A DNA stretch of 64,000 nucleotides from contig CAYMIN010000008.1 in assembly GCA_964390495.1 (NCBI GenBank), positions 92,831 to 156,830 of the forward strand. The letters run 5' to 3'. Position numbers and translations under genes: made by a program. This document shows positions 45,844 to 55,426 of the stretch, piece after piece (position 1 is the stretch's first letter; each line of letters begins with the position of its first letter). The notes under the pieces are model-generated. The model saw nothing but the letters and a program-made list of their open reading frames with translations. It had not been told where the DNA came from and made no database searches. This DNA comes from an uncultured Armatimonadia bacterium (GTDB lineage Bacteria > Armatimonadota > Zipacnadia > Zipacnadales > UBA11051).

Positions 45844-48013
45844 TACTGCCAAGATGGCGCGCAATTGGCCGCTGTTCGCCGGAGCTTTGGTTCTGGCCTC
45901 CGGCGCCGCGGCTGCCCTAACCGTTACGACGCGGTCCCCCGCTTTCGGCCTGTTCATCCACAGCCTGATCATAGTCGGCCTCGGGACCAGCTTCGTCGCC
46001 GCCGGCCTCGGCAAGCGCACCACCGCGCTGGGGCTTGTCGTGATTGCTACGGGCTTGGTGGTGCTGGTCTTGCGCGAGGAGCTCGGTCCCTGGACCGACT
46101 TGCTTTTCCCTCTCGATCTGCAGACGGTGGAGGAGAGCACTGTCGCGGTATTGGGCGGCTGGGTGCTGGCCGGCTTGTGCTTCATCCAGGGCCGGCGCTA
46201 CAGTACCGTCTTCATCACCGCCATCGGTATGGCTATTCTGGGGCTGATGGCGACCCTCAATCTCAATGCCGAGTTCCTGGTCTGCTTCTGGGTCTATACC
46301 TTCGGCGTTGTCTTCACCTGGGGCTACGATCATCTGCTGCGGGTGGCTGCCAAGTCCCACATACATGTCGAGACCTCGGCTGTCTGGCGGGAATGGCTGC
46401 GCTGGCACCTCTCGGCCTCAGCGCTGCTGCTGGTGATCGTGATGGTGCTGGCCACCGGTGGCGGCTCGCTGCTGTATGCGGTCTCGCCTAACATTTTCGA
46501 CCGGATGTCGAGTCAAGTCCATCGCCTGCCTGCCGCCCTTCGCAGCCTGGCCTTCCGCACCTGCATGGATGAGGAGTTCCGCGTCGGCACCGGCCCGATC
46601 GAGCTACCCCGTACCATCGCCTTCATGGTCACAGCCCAGCATCCGACGCTGTGGCGCGCGCAGGCCTACGACCACTATCAAGGCGCCGGCTGGACCAAAC
46701 GTAGCGAGAGCTACATACGGATGCAGCACGGCAGCTACATGTCCTATCGCTATGCGGTGCCCTCGGCCTCGGGCCTCCCCGGTACCCGCAACTACCAGGA
46801 GTTTACCTTCCCCACCGGGCCACTGCGCGGCTTCATCCCGGCCGCGGCTACGCCGGTCGAAATCAAGCTCTACGGCCAGGCGGATGATGCGCCACCTCTT
46901 TACCCGGGCGGGCCGCGGCTGCAGCCGGTTGAGGTTGATAGCTACGGCTGCCTGCGGATCAGCCCCACCTGGGCGGCCCGAGGTTATTGGGGGCAACTGG
47001 AGACCGAGCCGAAAAGGCATTACGAGGTGATCTCGATAATGCCGCCGACGGCGGCCGAGACACTGCGCGGCCGCGGCGATGACTATTCGCCGAACATGGT
47101 TGAGACCTATATCAAGCAGGTTCCGGTGGCGGCTCAAGCGCATCTGAACGAGTTGGTCAGCGACACTGTCGCCGGCCTTCAAGACCCCTACGACCGCGTG
47201 GTTGCCCTTCGCGAGATGATCTCCCAGCGCTGCCTCTACTCTTTGAAGGCACCGGCGGTGCCGCGAGGCAAGGACGCTGCGGTCCATTTTCTGCTGAGCA
47301 GCAAGCGCGGCGCTTGCGACCTGTTCGCCACCGCGATGGCGGTGACCGCGCGGCTGGCCGGCGTACCAGCGCGCGTCGCCGTGGGCTTCCAGCTCGGCGA
47401 GTACGATCCGGTGACCGAAGCCATCGTGGTTCGGGACAGCGACGCCCACGCTTGGGCCGAGATCTTCTTCCCCGACATCGGCTGGGTGCCGTTTGACGTG
47501 CAGGCGGCGCAAGTTTACGATGAGCAGACCTGGCTATCTCTGCTTGCCACCGGCCATGCCCGGCTCGCGGTGGCCAAGGTCTTGCGGCTGCTGGTGCCGC
47601 TGGTGCTGCTGGCAGTGATCGGCTATGCGGCGCTCTCGGGCGTCTATGACCTGCGACGGCTGCCGGCGTTGTGGCGCAGACGCCGTGCCCCGGGCCCGAC
47701 TGGCAGCCTCAGCCGCGATTACCAGCGCCTGTGCCGCCAGCTTGCGCGGCGTGCCCGCCTTGGCCCGGTTGAGGCCATGACGCCCCGCCAGGTCGTCGAG
47801 GCGGCACTGGCTAACCTTTCCGGCTCCCAGGCCCTCAAACAGAGGCTTCGCCAACTCAATGAAGAATTCTACAGAGTCAGATTTGGCGCCGATTCGCCCA
47901 AGCAGCCGCTCGATTACCTGGCCGCCCAGGTGAGCAAACTGCGCAAACGGCTACGCGAATTCAAGTACAAGCCGCGCCGCTATTCCGAGCGCCCGGAAAG
48001 CCGGTCCCAATGA
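45830..48013 (+). CDS. transglutaminase-like (TGc) domain membrane protein
   Basis: Multiple N-terminal TM helices. Transglutaminase-core Cys/His/Asp motifs RGACDLFA, DAHAWAEIFF, GWVPFD. Start overlaps the DUF58 stop by 14 nt. Confidence 0.7.
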   Translation: MLRLDTAKMARNWPLFAGALVLASGAAAALTVTTRSPAFGLFIHSLIIVGLGTSFVAAGLGKRTTALGLVVIATGLVVLVLREELGPWTDLLFPLDLQTVEESTVAVLGGWVLAGLCFIQGRRYSTVFITAIGMAILGLMATLNLNAEFLVCFWVYTFGVVFTWGYDHLLRVAAKSHIHVETSAVWREWLRWHLSASALLLVIVMVLATGGGSLLYAVSPNIFDRMSSQVHRLPAALRSLAFRTCMDEEFRVGTGPIELPRTIAFMVTAQHPTLWRAQAYDHYQGAGWTKRSESYIRMQHGSYMSYRYAVPSASGLPGTRNYQEFTFPTGPLRGFIPAAATPVEIKLYGQADDAPPLYPGGPRLQPVEVDSYGCLRISPTWAARGYWGQLETEPKRHYEVISIMPPTAAETLRGRGDDYSPNMVETYIKQVPVAAQAHLNELVSDTVAGLQDPYDRVVALREMISQRCLYSLKAPAVPRGKDAAVHFLLSSKRGACDLFATAMAVTARLAGVPARVAVGFQLGEYDPVTEAIVVRDSDAHAWAEIFFPDIGWVPFDVQAAQVYDEQTWLSLLATGHARLAVAKVLRLLVPLVLLAVIGYAALSGVYDLRRLPALWRRRRAPGPTGSLSRDYQRLCRQLARRARLGPVEAMTPRQVVEAALANLSGSQALKQRLRQLNEEFYRVRFGADSPKQPLDYLAAQVSKLRKRLREFKYKPRRYSERPESRSQ

Positions 48014-49095
48014 GCCAAAACCCCGCCGCACAGATCGCGGACAAAGCTCTTTTCATAGTCCACGGCGACTCGGAGGTCCTCAAGTCGCGCGCCGTCAAGG
48101 CCATCATTGATGAGCGGCTGCCCGCGGCCGACCGCGAGTTCGGCCTCACCGAGCTGCAAGTGCGCGAGGTGGAGCTGGAGCAGATCACTAGTGCTTTTGT
48201 CTCCGGCTCGCTCTTTGCCAGCCAGCAGGTGGTGCTGCTGCGGGACCTCGACGAAATGCGCAAGACCGACCAGCAGGCGCTGGTGCCGGCCCTCGAAGGC
48301 CTCGGCCCGAGTATCACCGTCGTAATGACCGCAACGCCGGCGCCTCGCGGCAAACCCACCGAACCTAATCTCAGCGCGCCGCTGGTCAAGCTCGTCAAAG
48401 CCTCGGGCCGCATCATTGACTGCAACACCCCGGCCTATCTCGACTGGAAAGACGAACTCACGCCCTGGGTGAGAGCCGAGGCACAGCGCCATGACAAGGG
48501 CTTCGGCGACGGGGCGCTGCAGTTGCTGATTGATCTGGTCGGAGCCAACTGCGACCGGCTCGCCAACGAGATCGCGAAGCTGGCGATATACGTGGACGAG
48601 CAGCCGGAGATTAGCGGGGCCGACGTGCGCGCGGTCGTCTCGCCCGCTCAGGACCAGGACATTTTCGGCCTCACCGACGCCATTGGCAAGCGCGATGCGG
48701 CAGCGGCTCTGGCGGCCCTGCCCGCCCTGCTGCCCGCCCATGCCAAAAGCGGCGAAGGCATCCGCGTGCTAGCCATGATCTCCCGGCATTTGCGCCTGCT
48801 GTGGCAGACGCGGCATCTGCTCAGAAACGGGGTCAGCCTGCTGTCGGTGCAGGACTGCCCGGAAGAGACAGTCGCGCAGTTGCCCCAGCAGCAGAACATA
48901 TTCGACGCGGTTCGCGGCCGGAAGTTCCTGGCGCGCAACTTCACAGAGCAGGCCAAGAGCTTCAGCGATGGCCAGCTCGCCCGCGCGATAGTCGAGGTAT
49001 TCAGCGCCGATATGGCCCTGAAGGGACAATCCGACCGCGAAATGGATGACCGCATGTTGCTGGAGACGCTGGTGGTCGCTCTGTGCCGGCTCTAG
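48010..49095 (+). CDS. holA: DNA polymerase III delta subunit
   Basis: Length ~360 aa and delta-subunit N-terminal pattern (LFIVHGDSEVL, QQVVLLRDLDE). ATGA overlap with the transglutaminase-like gene. Confidence 0.6.
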   Translation: MSQNPAAQIADKALFIVHGDSEVLKSRAVKAIIDERLPAADREFGLTELQVREVELEQITSAFVSGSLFASQQVVLLRDLDEMRKTDQQALVPALEGLGPSITVVMTATPAPRGKPTEPNLSAPLVKLVKASGRIIDCNTPAYLDWKDELTPWVRAEAQRHDKGFGDGALQLLIDLVGANCDRLANEIAKLAIYVDEQPEISGADVRAVVSPAQDQDIFGLTDAIGKRDAAAALAALPALLPAHAKSGEGIRVLAMISRHLRLLWQTRHLLRNGVSLLSVQDCPEETVAQLPQQQNIFDAVRGRKFLARNFTEQAKSFSDGQLARAIVEVFSADMALKGQSDREMDDRMLLETLVVALCRL

Positions 49096-49316
49096 GCCTG
49101 ACTGCTCGTCAATGCGCAGTTCGGCCTGCCCTGATCCCTGGGTAAGCCAAGATCTCAGCCAGCGGCCAGCGGGGGCGAGGCTGCACCGCAAATAGACTCC
49201 CTCACTAGTAGAGTCGACGCAACTCCGGCGTTTTACAAGACACAACGCGTAAATCTTTGCGAACTTTTGATGATGTTATTGCGACGGCGGGAATTGGGCG
49301 CTATGGATAGGCGATC

Positions 49317-51275
49317 ATGGGTCTGGTGATGGCATTAGCCATAACTGGGGCGGCGCTGCTTTTCGGGATGCAGCTTCTACAGTGGCTGCGTGTTGCCCCG
49401 TCCGGGACCTGGGCACATGCGCTGGCCGGCTTCGGCCTCGGTATCGTCATCATCGCCTACGCGATCCTGCTGCTCGGCCTGTTTGCGGTCCTCAAGGCCG
49501 TGTGGCTGGCTGCGATACTGGCAGTCATGCTAGCGTGCGGCAGCAGCCAGGCGCGGACGGTCATGCCGGCGATCGGCGCGGCCCGCAGCTACCTCAGCGC
49601 TCTCGCGCGACGGCCGGCCCATTTCGTGGTCCTGATTTTCATCGGCTTGTGGATGCTGCTGACGCTCGGCTGCGCGCTGATGCCGCCGGATGGCGGCGAC
49701 TGGGACGGCCTCAGCCAGCACCTGGCCCAGGCCTGGATGTACGCCCACGAGGGCTGCGTGCGCCCGCTGTGGTTCGACCACCACTCCCAGTTCCCCGGTA
49801 CCATGCAGATGCTCTACACGGCGGGGGAGCTGGTTGACGGCTATTTCACTGCCCGCCTGCTGCACTGGCTGATGGGGATGTTGAGCGTGGTATGGGCGGT
49901 GCTAATCGCCCAGCGCTTCCTGAGTGAGCGTGCCGGCAGTAACGTGGGCCTGTGGACCGCCTTCATCATGGTGTCCACACCGATCTTCACCTGGCTCACC
50001 GGAGTGGCCTATGTGGACCTGGGCGCGACTTTTTTCGCGTTAGGGGCGCTGTACTTTTTCCTCGATTGGGCGCTGAGCCGCGCGCCCAAGGCTCTGGCGC
50101 TCACCGGCCTGATGCTGGCCGGCGGGATGACCGTGAAGATGCAGGGCCTGGCCCTGGCCGGCGTCATCATGCTCGCCGCAGCGATACTCACCGTCTTGCA
50201 AAGGCGTGGTTGGCGGGAGTGGGGCCTCGCCTGCGGGCTGGTCGTGCTTCTCGGTGGGCCGTGGTATCTGAAGAGCTATCTAATCACCGGCAACCCCGTC
50301 TATCCCTTCGCCTACGAGCTTTTCGGCGGCAAGCAGTGGACCCAGGAGCAGGCCGACTTCTACGAGCACCATCAGATGGCCTTCGGCTATGGCGAGATTC
50401 CCGACCGCGCGCAACTGGCGCAGATGTCATTCTGGCGCAAGCGCTTTTTAGGGCCGCGCGAGCCGTACAAGTGGCTGATCGGGCCGGTGCTGCTCACCAT
50501 CCGCCCTTGGGACTTCGCGGTTGATCGGAGTCTGATAGCCCAGGCGCTGCTTTTGCACTGGATCGGGCCGCTGTACCTGCCGCTGGTGCTGCTGTTGCTG
50601 GTGGGGAAGCGGCCGCCGGCTGTGGGACTGGTGATGTGGCTGCTGCTGCCGCTGTGGCTGTGGTGGTTCTTCTCGATGCAATACACCCGCTACCTGCTAC
50701 CCTCACTGGTGCTGTTGGCTCCATTAGCGGGTTACTCTATGGCCCAGCTTTTCTCCCGCAGCGGGCCGGTTCGCGCCGCCGCCGGTACGGTGGCCTCCCT
50801 ATGGGCTGTCTGCGCGCTGGTGCCGCTGGTGCTCAGTTTCATCATCGCGTGGCCGATTATCAGTGGCCGGGCCACCTGGGAGCAGTACCTCAACATCAAG
50901 CTGGATGTCTATGAACCGAGCCGGTATATCGCCCGCTATCTGCCGGAAGATGCCGTCATAGCCACCTACGGGGAGCCGCGCTACTACTATTTCGAGCGGC
51001 CGGCGATCTGGGCCGACCCCGGCCACAGCCGCCTGTTCACCTATGAGACCATGCAGACGCCGCAGGAGTTGATCGCCCGCTATCGGGAGCTGGGCATCAC
51101 CCACGTGCTGGTCAATCGAGTGCATGTTGACCTAGATAACCCCGACGACTGGGTGATAGCACTGCTGCGAGGAGGTTTCGAGGAGGGGAGCCTGCAGCAG
51201 ATGGGGTCTTTTTCGCGGCGGCAGTACGTGCTGCTGCGGGTGGAATACGGGGCAGAGGCGGAGGGTGGCTCATAG
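49317..51275 (+). CDS. polytopic membrane protein, GT-C-fold glycosyltransferase-like (PMT/ArnT family)
   Basis: About 12 predicted TM helices with intervening loops; overall architecture resembles family 39/83 glycosyltransferases. Confidence 0.45.
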   Translation: MGLVMALAITGAALLFGMQLLQWLRVAPSGTWAHALAGFGLGIVIIAYAILLLGLFAVLKAVWLAAILAVMLACGSSQARTVMPAIGAARSYLSALARRPAHFVVLIFIGLWMLLTLGCALMPPDGGDWDGLSQHLAQAWMYAHEGCVRPLWFDHHSQFPGTMQMLYTAGELVDGYFTARLLHWLMGMLSVVWAVLIAQRFLSERAGSNVGLWTAFIMVSTPIFTWLTGVAYVDLGATFFALGALYFFLDWALSRAPKALALTGLMLAGGMTVKMQGLALAGVIMLAAAILTVLQRRGWREWGLACGLVVLLGGPWYLKSYLITGNPVYPFAYELFGGKQWTQEQADFYEHHQMAFGYGEIPDRAQLAQMSFWRKRFLGPREPYKWLIGPVLLTIRPWDFAVDRSLIAQALLLHWIGPLYLPLVLLLLVGKRPPAVGLVMWLLLPLWLWWFFSMQYTRYLLPSLVLLAPLAGYSMAQLFSRSGPVRAAAGTVASLWAVCALVPLVLSFIIAWPIISGRATWEQYLNIKLDVYEPSRYIARYLPEDAVIATYGEPRYYYFERPAIWADPGHSRLFTYETMQTPQELIARYRELGITHVLVNRVHVDLDNPDDWVIALLRGGFEEGSLQQMGSFSRRQYVLLRVEYGAEAEGGS

Positions 51276-51340
51276 GCGGGCACCGGTTGCAGTTGAGACA
51301 AGGCACCACGCTAAGGTATAATGACGGCAGGAGCGAAACA

Positions 51341-51412
51341 CCATACCAGCCAGGACGACAGGCATCCTTGGTTGTCGAGAACTGCGGACAGGCTGGGAAG
51401 CCTATCCTCCTG
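51341..51412. repeat. Family-F element, copy 4 (ccaggacgacaggcatccttggttgtcgagaactgcggacaggctgggaagcctatcctcc)
   Basis: About 85% identical to the copy at 44130. Confidence 0.7.
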
Positions 51413-51564
51413 GAGGCGTGAGGAAGGGTGTTGAATTCGGAATCACCCGCACGGAGCGCGTCTGCGTAAGTAGCCGACTGCTTGACAGCAGGTATGGGCG
51501 AGGCAGGCGGCAATCATTGGATAAGCCCAAGGTCCGCCAATAGTGATGAACAGGAGACAGGTCT

Positions 51565-52344
51565 GTGAAGACGGCGATTCTGGTCGGCGGTAAGGGCACG
51601 CGGCTGTTCGGCGAACAAACCGCAGTCCCGAAAGCCCTCTACGAAATCGGTAACCGGCCGATCCTGTGGCATATCATGAAGCTCTATGCCCATAACGGCT
51701 TCGGCGATTTCCTGCTGCTGCTGGGCTACCGCGCCGAACAGATTGTTGATTACGTCCTGCACCGGGCCCCGTACGAGAATCGCGATATGCGAGTCGAAAT
51801 CCCGGCCTCGGGACGTCCCCAGATAATCGAGCAGGAAGCCGAAGACGACCAGTGGCGCATTACGCTGTGCCATACCGGCATCGAGTCAGAGAAGGGTGAG
51901 CGCATCCGGCGCATCCGACAGCATGTTGAGAGCGACGATGATTTCATGGTCACCTACGGCGACGGTCTGGCCGACATTGACCTGCAGGAGCTGGTGAGCT
52001 TCCACAAGTCGCACGGCAAAGTCGCCACCCTGACGGCGGTGCGGGCGCGGTCGCAGTTCGGCCACGTCAGCCTCGGCGGCGACGGGCAAGTCAGCGAGAT
52101 GGTCGAGAACCCGCTGCTGCCGGAGTGGGTCAACGGTGGGTTCATGGTGTTTTCCGCCCGCATCTTCGACTGGCTGGAGCCGGATGATCCGCTGGAAGCC
52201 GGGGCTTTGCGGCGGCTGGCTGAGGCCGGCGAGCTGATGGCTTATACCCATGCGGGCTTCTGGGCCTGCATGGATACCTATAAGGACACCTTGCGCCTCA
52301 ACGAGCTGTGGAACAGCGGCCAGGCCGCGTGGAAGAAGTGGTGA
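51565..52344 (+). CDS. rfbF: glucose-1-phosphate cytidylyltransferase
   Basis: Motifs ILVGGKGTRL and TYGDG, and the RfbF length (259 aa). GTG start. Confidence 0.8.
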   Translation: MKTAILVGGKGTRLFGEQTAVPKALYEIGNRPILWHIMKLYAHNGFGDFLLLLGYRAEQIVDYVLHRAPYENRDMRVEIPASGRPQIIEQEAEDDQWRITLCHTGIESEKGERIRRIRQHVESDDDFMVTYGDGLADIDLQELVSFHKSHGKVATLTAVRARSQFGHVSLGGDGQVSEMVENPLLPEWVNGGFMVFSARIFDWLEPDDPLEAGALRRLAEAGELMAYTHAGFWACMDTYKDTLRLNELWNSGQAAWKKW

Positions 52345-52348
52345 GCTG

Positions 52349-53380
52349 ATGCCGACAGGGGAGGTCAAGGCGAGATTCTGGCAGGGCCGGCGCGCGCTGG
52401 TCACCGGCGCCTACGGCTTCATGGCCGGGCACCTGATCGAGGCGCTGCTGGAAATCGGAGCCGAGGTAATCGGGATGGTGCGGGATCGGCCGGCGGCGTC
52501 GTATCTGCAGCTTTCGGGCCTCGACCGGCGCATCACCCTGGCTCCAGGCGACATCACCGCCCTGGATGACTGTGTGCGCGTGCTCAATGACCATGACTGC
52601 AGTGTGGTGTTTCAGCTTGCGGCTCAGGCGATTGTCGGTGTCGCCAACCGCTCGCCGCTGAAGACCTTTCAGACCAATATCATCGGCACCTGCAACGTTC
52701 TGGAGGCGTGCCGGCAACTCAATGATGGCGACCGTCCTAATCTGGTGGAGGCGGTGGTGGCCGCCAGCAGCGACAAGGCCTACGGCGACCAGCCTGAGCT
52801 GCCCTATAAGGAATCAGCGCCGCTGCTGGGGCTGCACCCCTATGACGCCTCCAAGTCATGCGCCGACCTGCTGACCCGCACCTATCACAATACCTACGGG
52901 GTGGCGGCCGCGGTAAGCCGCTGCAGCAATCTCTACGGGCCGGGCGACCTGAATATGTCCAGGCTGGTTCCCGCGACGATATGCGCCGTGCTGGCCGGTG
53001 AGAGGCCGGTAATCCGCTCCGACGGCAGCCCCCAGCGCGACTATGTGTACGTCAAGGACGCCGCCCGGGCGTACCTGCTGCTGGCGGAGAAGACCGCGGA
53101 GGGGCCCGCCGCCGGCCAGACCTACAATATCGGCACCGGAGTGCCGCTGACCGTCCTGGAGATGGTCGAGATGGTTATCCAGGCCTCCGGCAAGAGCGAT
53201 CTGCGCCCGAATGTGCAAGGCACCTCCTGGGGCGAAATCAGGCACCAGTATCTGGACTGCACCAAGGCCGACACGGAGTTGGGCTGGAGGCCGAGGTATC
53301 AGGTGGAGGCTGCGCTGGCCGAGACCTACGAGTGGTATCGGGAGTACCTGTCGGAGGAGAATCTGGAATTAGGCCAGTAG
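52349..53380 (+). CDS. rfbG: CDP-glucose 4,6-dehydratase
   Basis: SDR Rossmann motif VTGAYGFMAGHL and catalytic YDASK. Begins 4 nt after the rfbF stop. Confidence 0.75.
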   Translation: MPTGEVKARFWQGRRALVTGAYGFMAGHLIEALLEIGAEVIGMVRDRPAASYLQLSGLDRRITLAPGDITALDDCVRVLNDHDCSVVFQLAAQAIVGVANRSPLKTFQTNIIGTCNVLEACRQLNDGDRPNLVEAVVAASSDKAYGDQPELPYKESAPLLGLHPYDASKSCADLLTRTYHNTYGVAAAVSRCSNLYGPGDLNMSRLVPATICAVLAGERPVIRSDGSPQRDYVYVKDAARAYLLLAEKTAEGPAAGQTYNIGTGVPLTVLEMVEMVIQASGKSDLRPNVQGTSWGEIRHQYLDCTKADTELGWRPRYQVEAALAETYEWYREYLSEENLELGQ

Positions 53381-53480
53381 CCCAATGCAAAGCACGGGCC
53401 GGTACCGCGCCAGTCGTTTGCCGTATCATGTTTTTGGCGGGGCACAGGTCCCCGCCCTACAGAACGGCAGTCTCTAGACC

Positions 53481-54227
53481 ATGAAACTTTCGGTAATCAT
53501 TCCAGTCTATAACGAGGTAGGGACCGTTCAAGAGTTGGTGGAGCGGGTCCTGGCCGTGCCGCTGGACAAAGAGCTCATCATCATTGATAACTGCTCCACC
53601 GACGGGACCCGCGAACTGCTCCAGCAGTTCACCTATCCGCAGGTGCGCACGATTCTGCAAGAGCGCAATATGATGAAGGGCAATTCGGTGCGCAAGGGCA
53701 TCGCGGCTGCGGTGGGTGAGTATGCGGTGATTCAGGACGGGGATTTGGAGTACAATCCGCGGGACTTCGTGGCGATGCTGGAGGTGTGCCAAGAGCCCGA
53801 GGTGCTGGCGGTACTGGGCTCGCGAGTTAGTGGTGCCCGCCGGCAGGGGCAGAAGCTGCCCACCTCCTCTTACTCGGTGGGGCGCGAGCTGATTAACAAG
53901 GTCTTCCGGCTGCTCTACGCCAGTAAGCTCACCGACATCGCCACCTGCTACAAGATGGCGGCGACGGCGACCTTCCAGAGCCTGGACTTGCGCTGCAATA
54001 GCTTCGACCTGGATTTCGAGCTGGCGGCGAAACTGACGATGCTGGCGAAGCGTCGCGGGATGCGGGTGGCGGAGGTGCCGATCGAGTACCACCCGCGAAG
54101 TGTCAAGGAGGGTAAGAAGGTCCGCTGGCAGGACGGGGTGCAGGCCGTGCGCACACTGTGGTGGTGTCGGTTCGCCGAGCCGCTGGTCGCAGGTACTCCG
54201 GAACCAGCCGAAAGGGCGGGGGAATGA
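53481..54227 (+). CDS. family 2 glycosyltransferase (Dpm1-like)
   Basis: N-terminal LSVIIPVYNE and DNCSTDGT, then a DxD (QDGDLEY). Confidence 0.75.
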   Translation: MKLSVIIPVYNEVGTVQELVERVLAVPLDKELIIIDNCSTDGTRELLQQFTYPQVRTILQERNMMKGNSVRKGIAAAVGEYAVIQDGDLEYNPRDFVAMLEVCQEPEVLAVLGSRVSGARRQGQKLPTSSYSVGRELINKVFRLLYASKLTDIATCYKMAATATFQSLDLRCNSFDLDFELAAKLTMLAKRRGMRVAEVPIEYHPRSVKEGKKVRWQDGVQAVRTLWWCRFAEPLVAGTPEPAERAGE

Positions 54228-54826
54228 AAAGCGGCGGCAGTCCCTGGGTAACGTACCTGGCGATAGTCGTTTTGATGGCCGCAGTCAGCGCCGGTGTGTA
54301 TTACTACACCAGCACCCGGCCGCCTGCGCCCGAGGAGACTGCCCTGCCAGCAGCGGGACCGGAGCAGCAGACGCAGCAACCGGCCAAGAAAGGAGTACGC
54401 ATCGAGGGCGGTGAAGTGGTCGAGAAGGACGCCCAGGGCCGGGTCCTATGGCGCGTTCGGGCGGATGGTGAGATTACCTACGACGACAAGACCGAACTGC
54501 TGCGCGGCTCGGACATCGAGTTTGAGGTGAATGTGGAAGGCCAACCGGCCGTAAAAGTCCAGGCCCGCCAGTTTGTCGCGGACTATGCCGGACGACGGAT
54601 CGAGTTCGCTGAGGGCATCGGCGGGGAGCTGCTGGACGGCTCCGGGGACTTTCGGGTCGGCGCACTGGAATACCAGATGAGTACTCAGAAGCTGATCGGC
54701 AGCGGCGGTGCAGATTTCAACCGCGGCCACTACACAGCCGGCGCTGACCGAATCGTGGTGGACATGAAGAACCGGCAGATACGGATGCACGGAAACGTAT
54801 CGCTGGCCAGGAGGCAAGCGTCTTGA
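54224..54826 (+). CDS. LptC-like periplasmic protein (N-terminal TM anchor plus OstA-like beta-jellyroll)
   Basis: TM helix WVTYLAIVVLMAAVSAGVYYY followed by an OstA/LptC-like repeat region. ATGA overlap with the GT2 gene. Confidence 0.5.
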   Translation: MKSGGSPWVTYLAIVVLMAAVSAGVYYYTSTRPPAPEETALPAAGPEQQTQQPAKKGVRIEGGEVVEKDAQGRVLWRVRADGEITYDDKTELLRGSDIEFEVNVEGQPAVKVQARQFVADYAGRRIEFAEGIGGELLDGSGDFRVGALEYQMSTQKLIGSGGADFNRGHYTAGADRIVVDMKNRQIRMHGNVSLARRQAS

Positions 54827-55395
54827 ACAATACGAAGGCTCCAAGCAGCAGAGGGGCACCAGCAGCGGGCCTGATAGTGTTGCTGGCGCTGGGAGCCGGT
54901 GTGCTGGTTATGGGCAGCGGTCCGGCCGCCGGCCAGCAGGCCAAAGCGACCCGCAGCGCCCAGGTCACCGCCATTGATCTGGTAATTGATCTGGATAGCG
55001 ACGCCTGGGAGTTCAGCGGCAACTGCAAACTTACCGTCAGTGCCGGGCATAAGGGGCAGATGACGGCTCCGCGGATGACGGTGCGGTTCAATGAGAAGAT
55101 GGACCAGATCGTGCAACTGATCGCCCACGGGGTCGTGAACTTCCACATAGTCACCAAGCCGAATGCCGAGGGTGTGCGTCGTGACATCACCGCCAGCGCT
55201 CGGCAGCAGGCAGTCTATTCGGAGCCGACCCAGACGGTGGAGTTGAGCGGCGGCGCGCAGGCGGATATCGCCACCGTAGGCGGCGCGGGTGAAGCGGCCC
55301 ATATCACCGGCGACAAGATAACCGCCAACCTCAAGACCAGTAAGATCTTCGTCACCAACCCCAACATGAAGATAGAGACGCCGCTGGAGGAATAG
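54823..55395 (+). CDS. lptA: LptA-family (OstA N-terminal-like) periplasmic protein
   Basis: Signal peptide and OstA-like beta-jellyroll motifs (IT.DK...N.KTSKI). Confidence 0.6.
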   Translation: MNNTKAPSSRGAPAAGLIVLLALGAGVLVMGSGPAAGQQAKATRSAQVTAIDLVIDLDSDAWEFSGNCKLTVSAGHKGQMTAPRMTVRFNEKMDQIVQLIAHGVVNFHIVTKPNAEGVRRDITASARQQAVYSEPTQTVELSGGAQADIATVGGAGEAAHITGDKITANLKTSKIFVTNPNMKIETPLEE

Positions 55396-55426
55396 AGCCC
55401 GGCGGTGATGGGATAAGAGAACTGTC

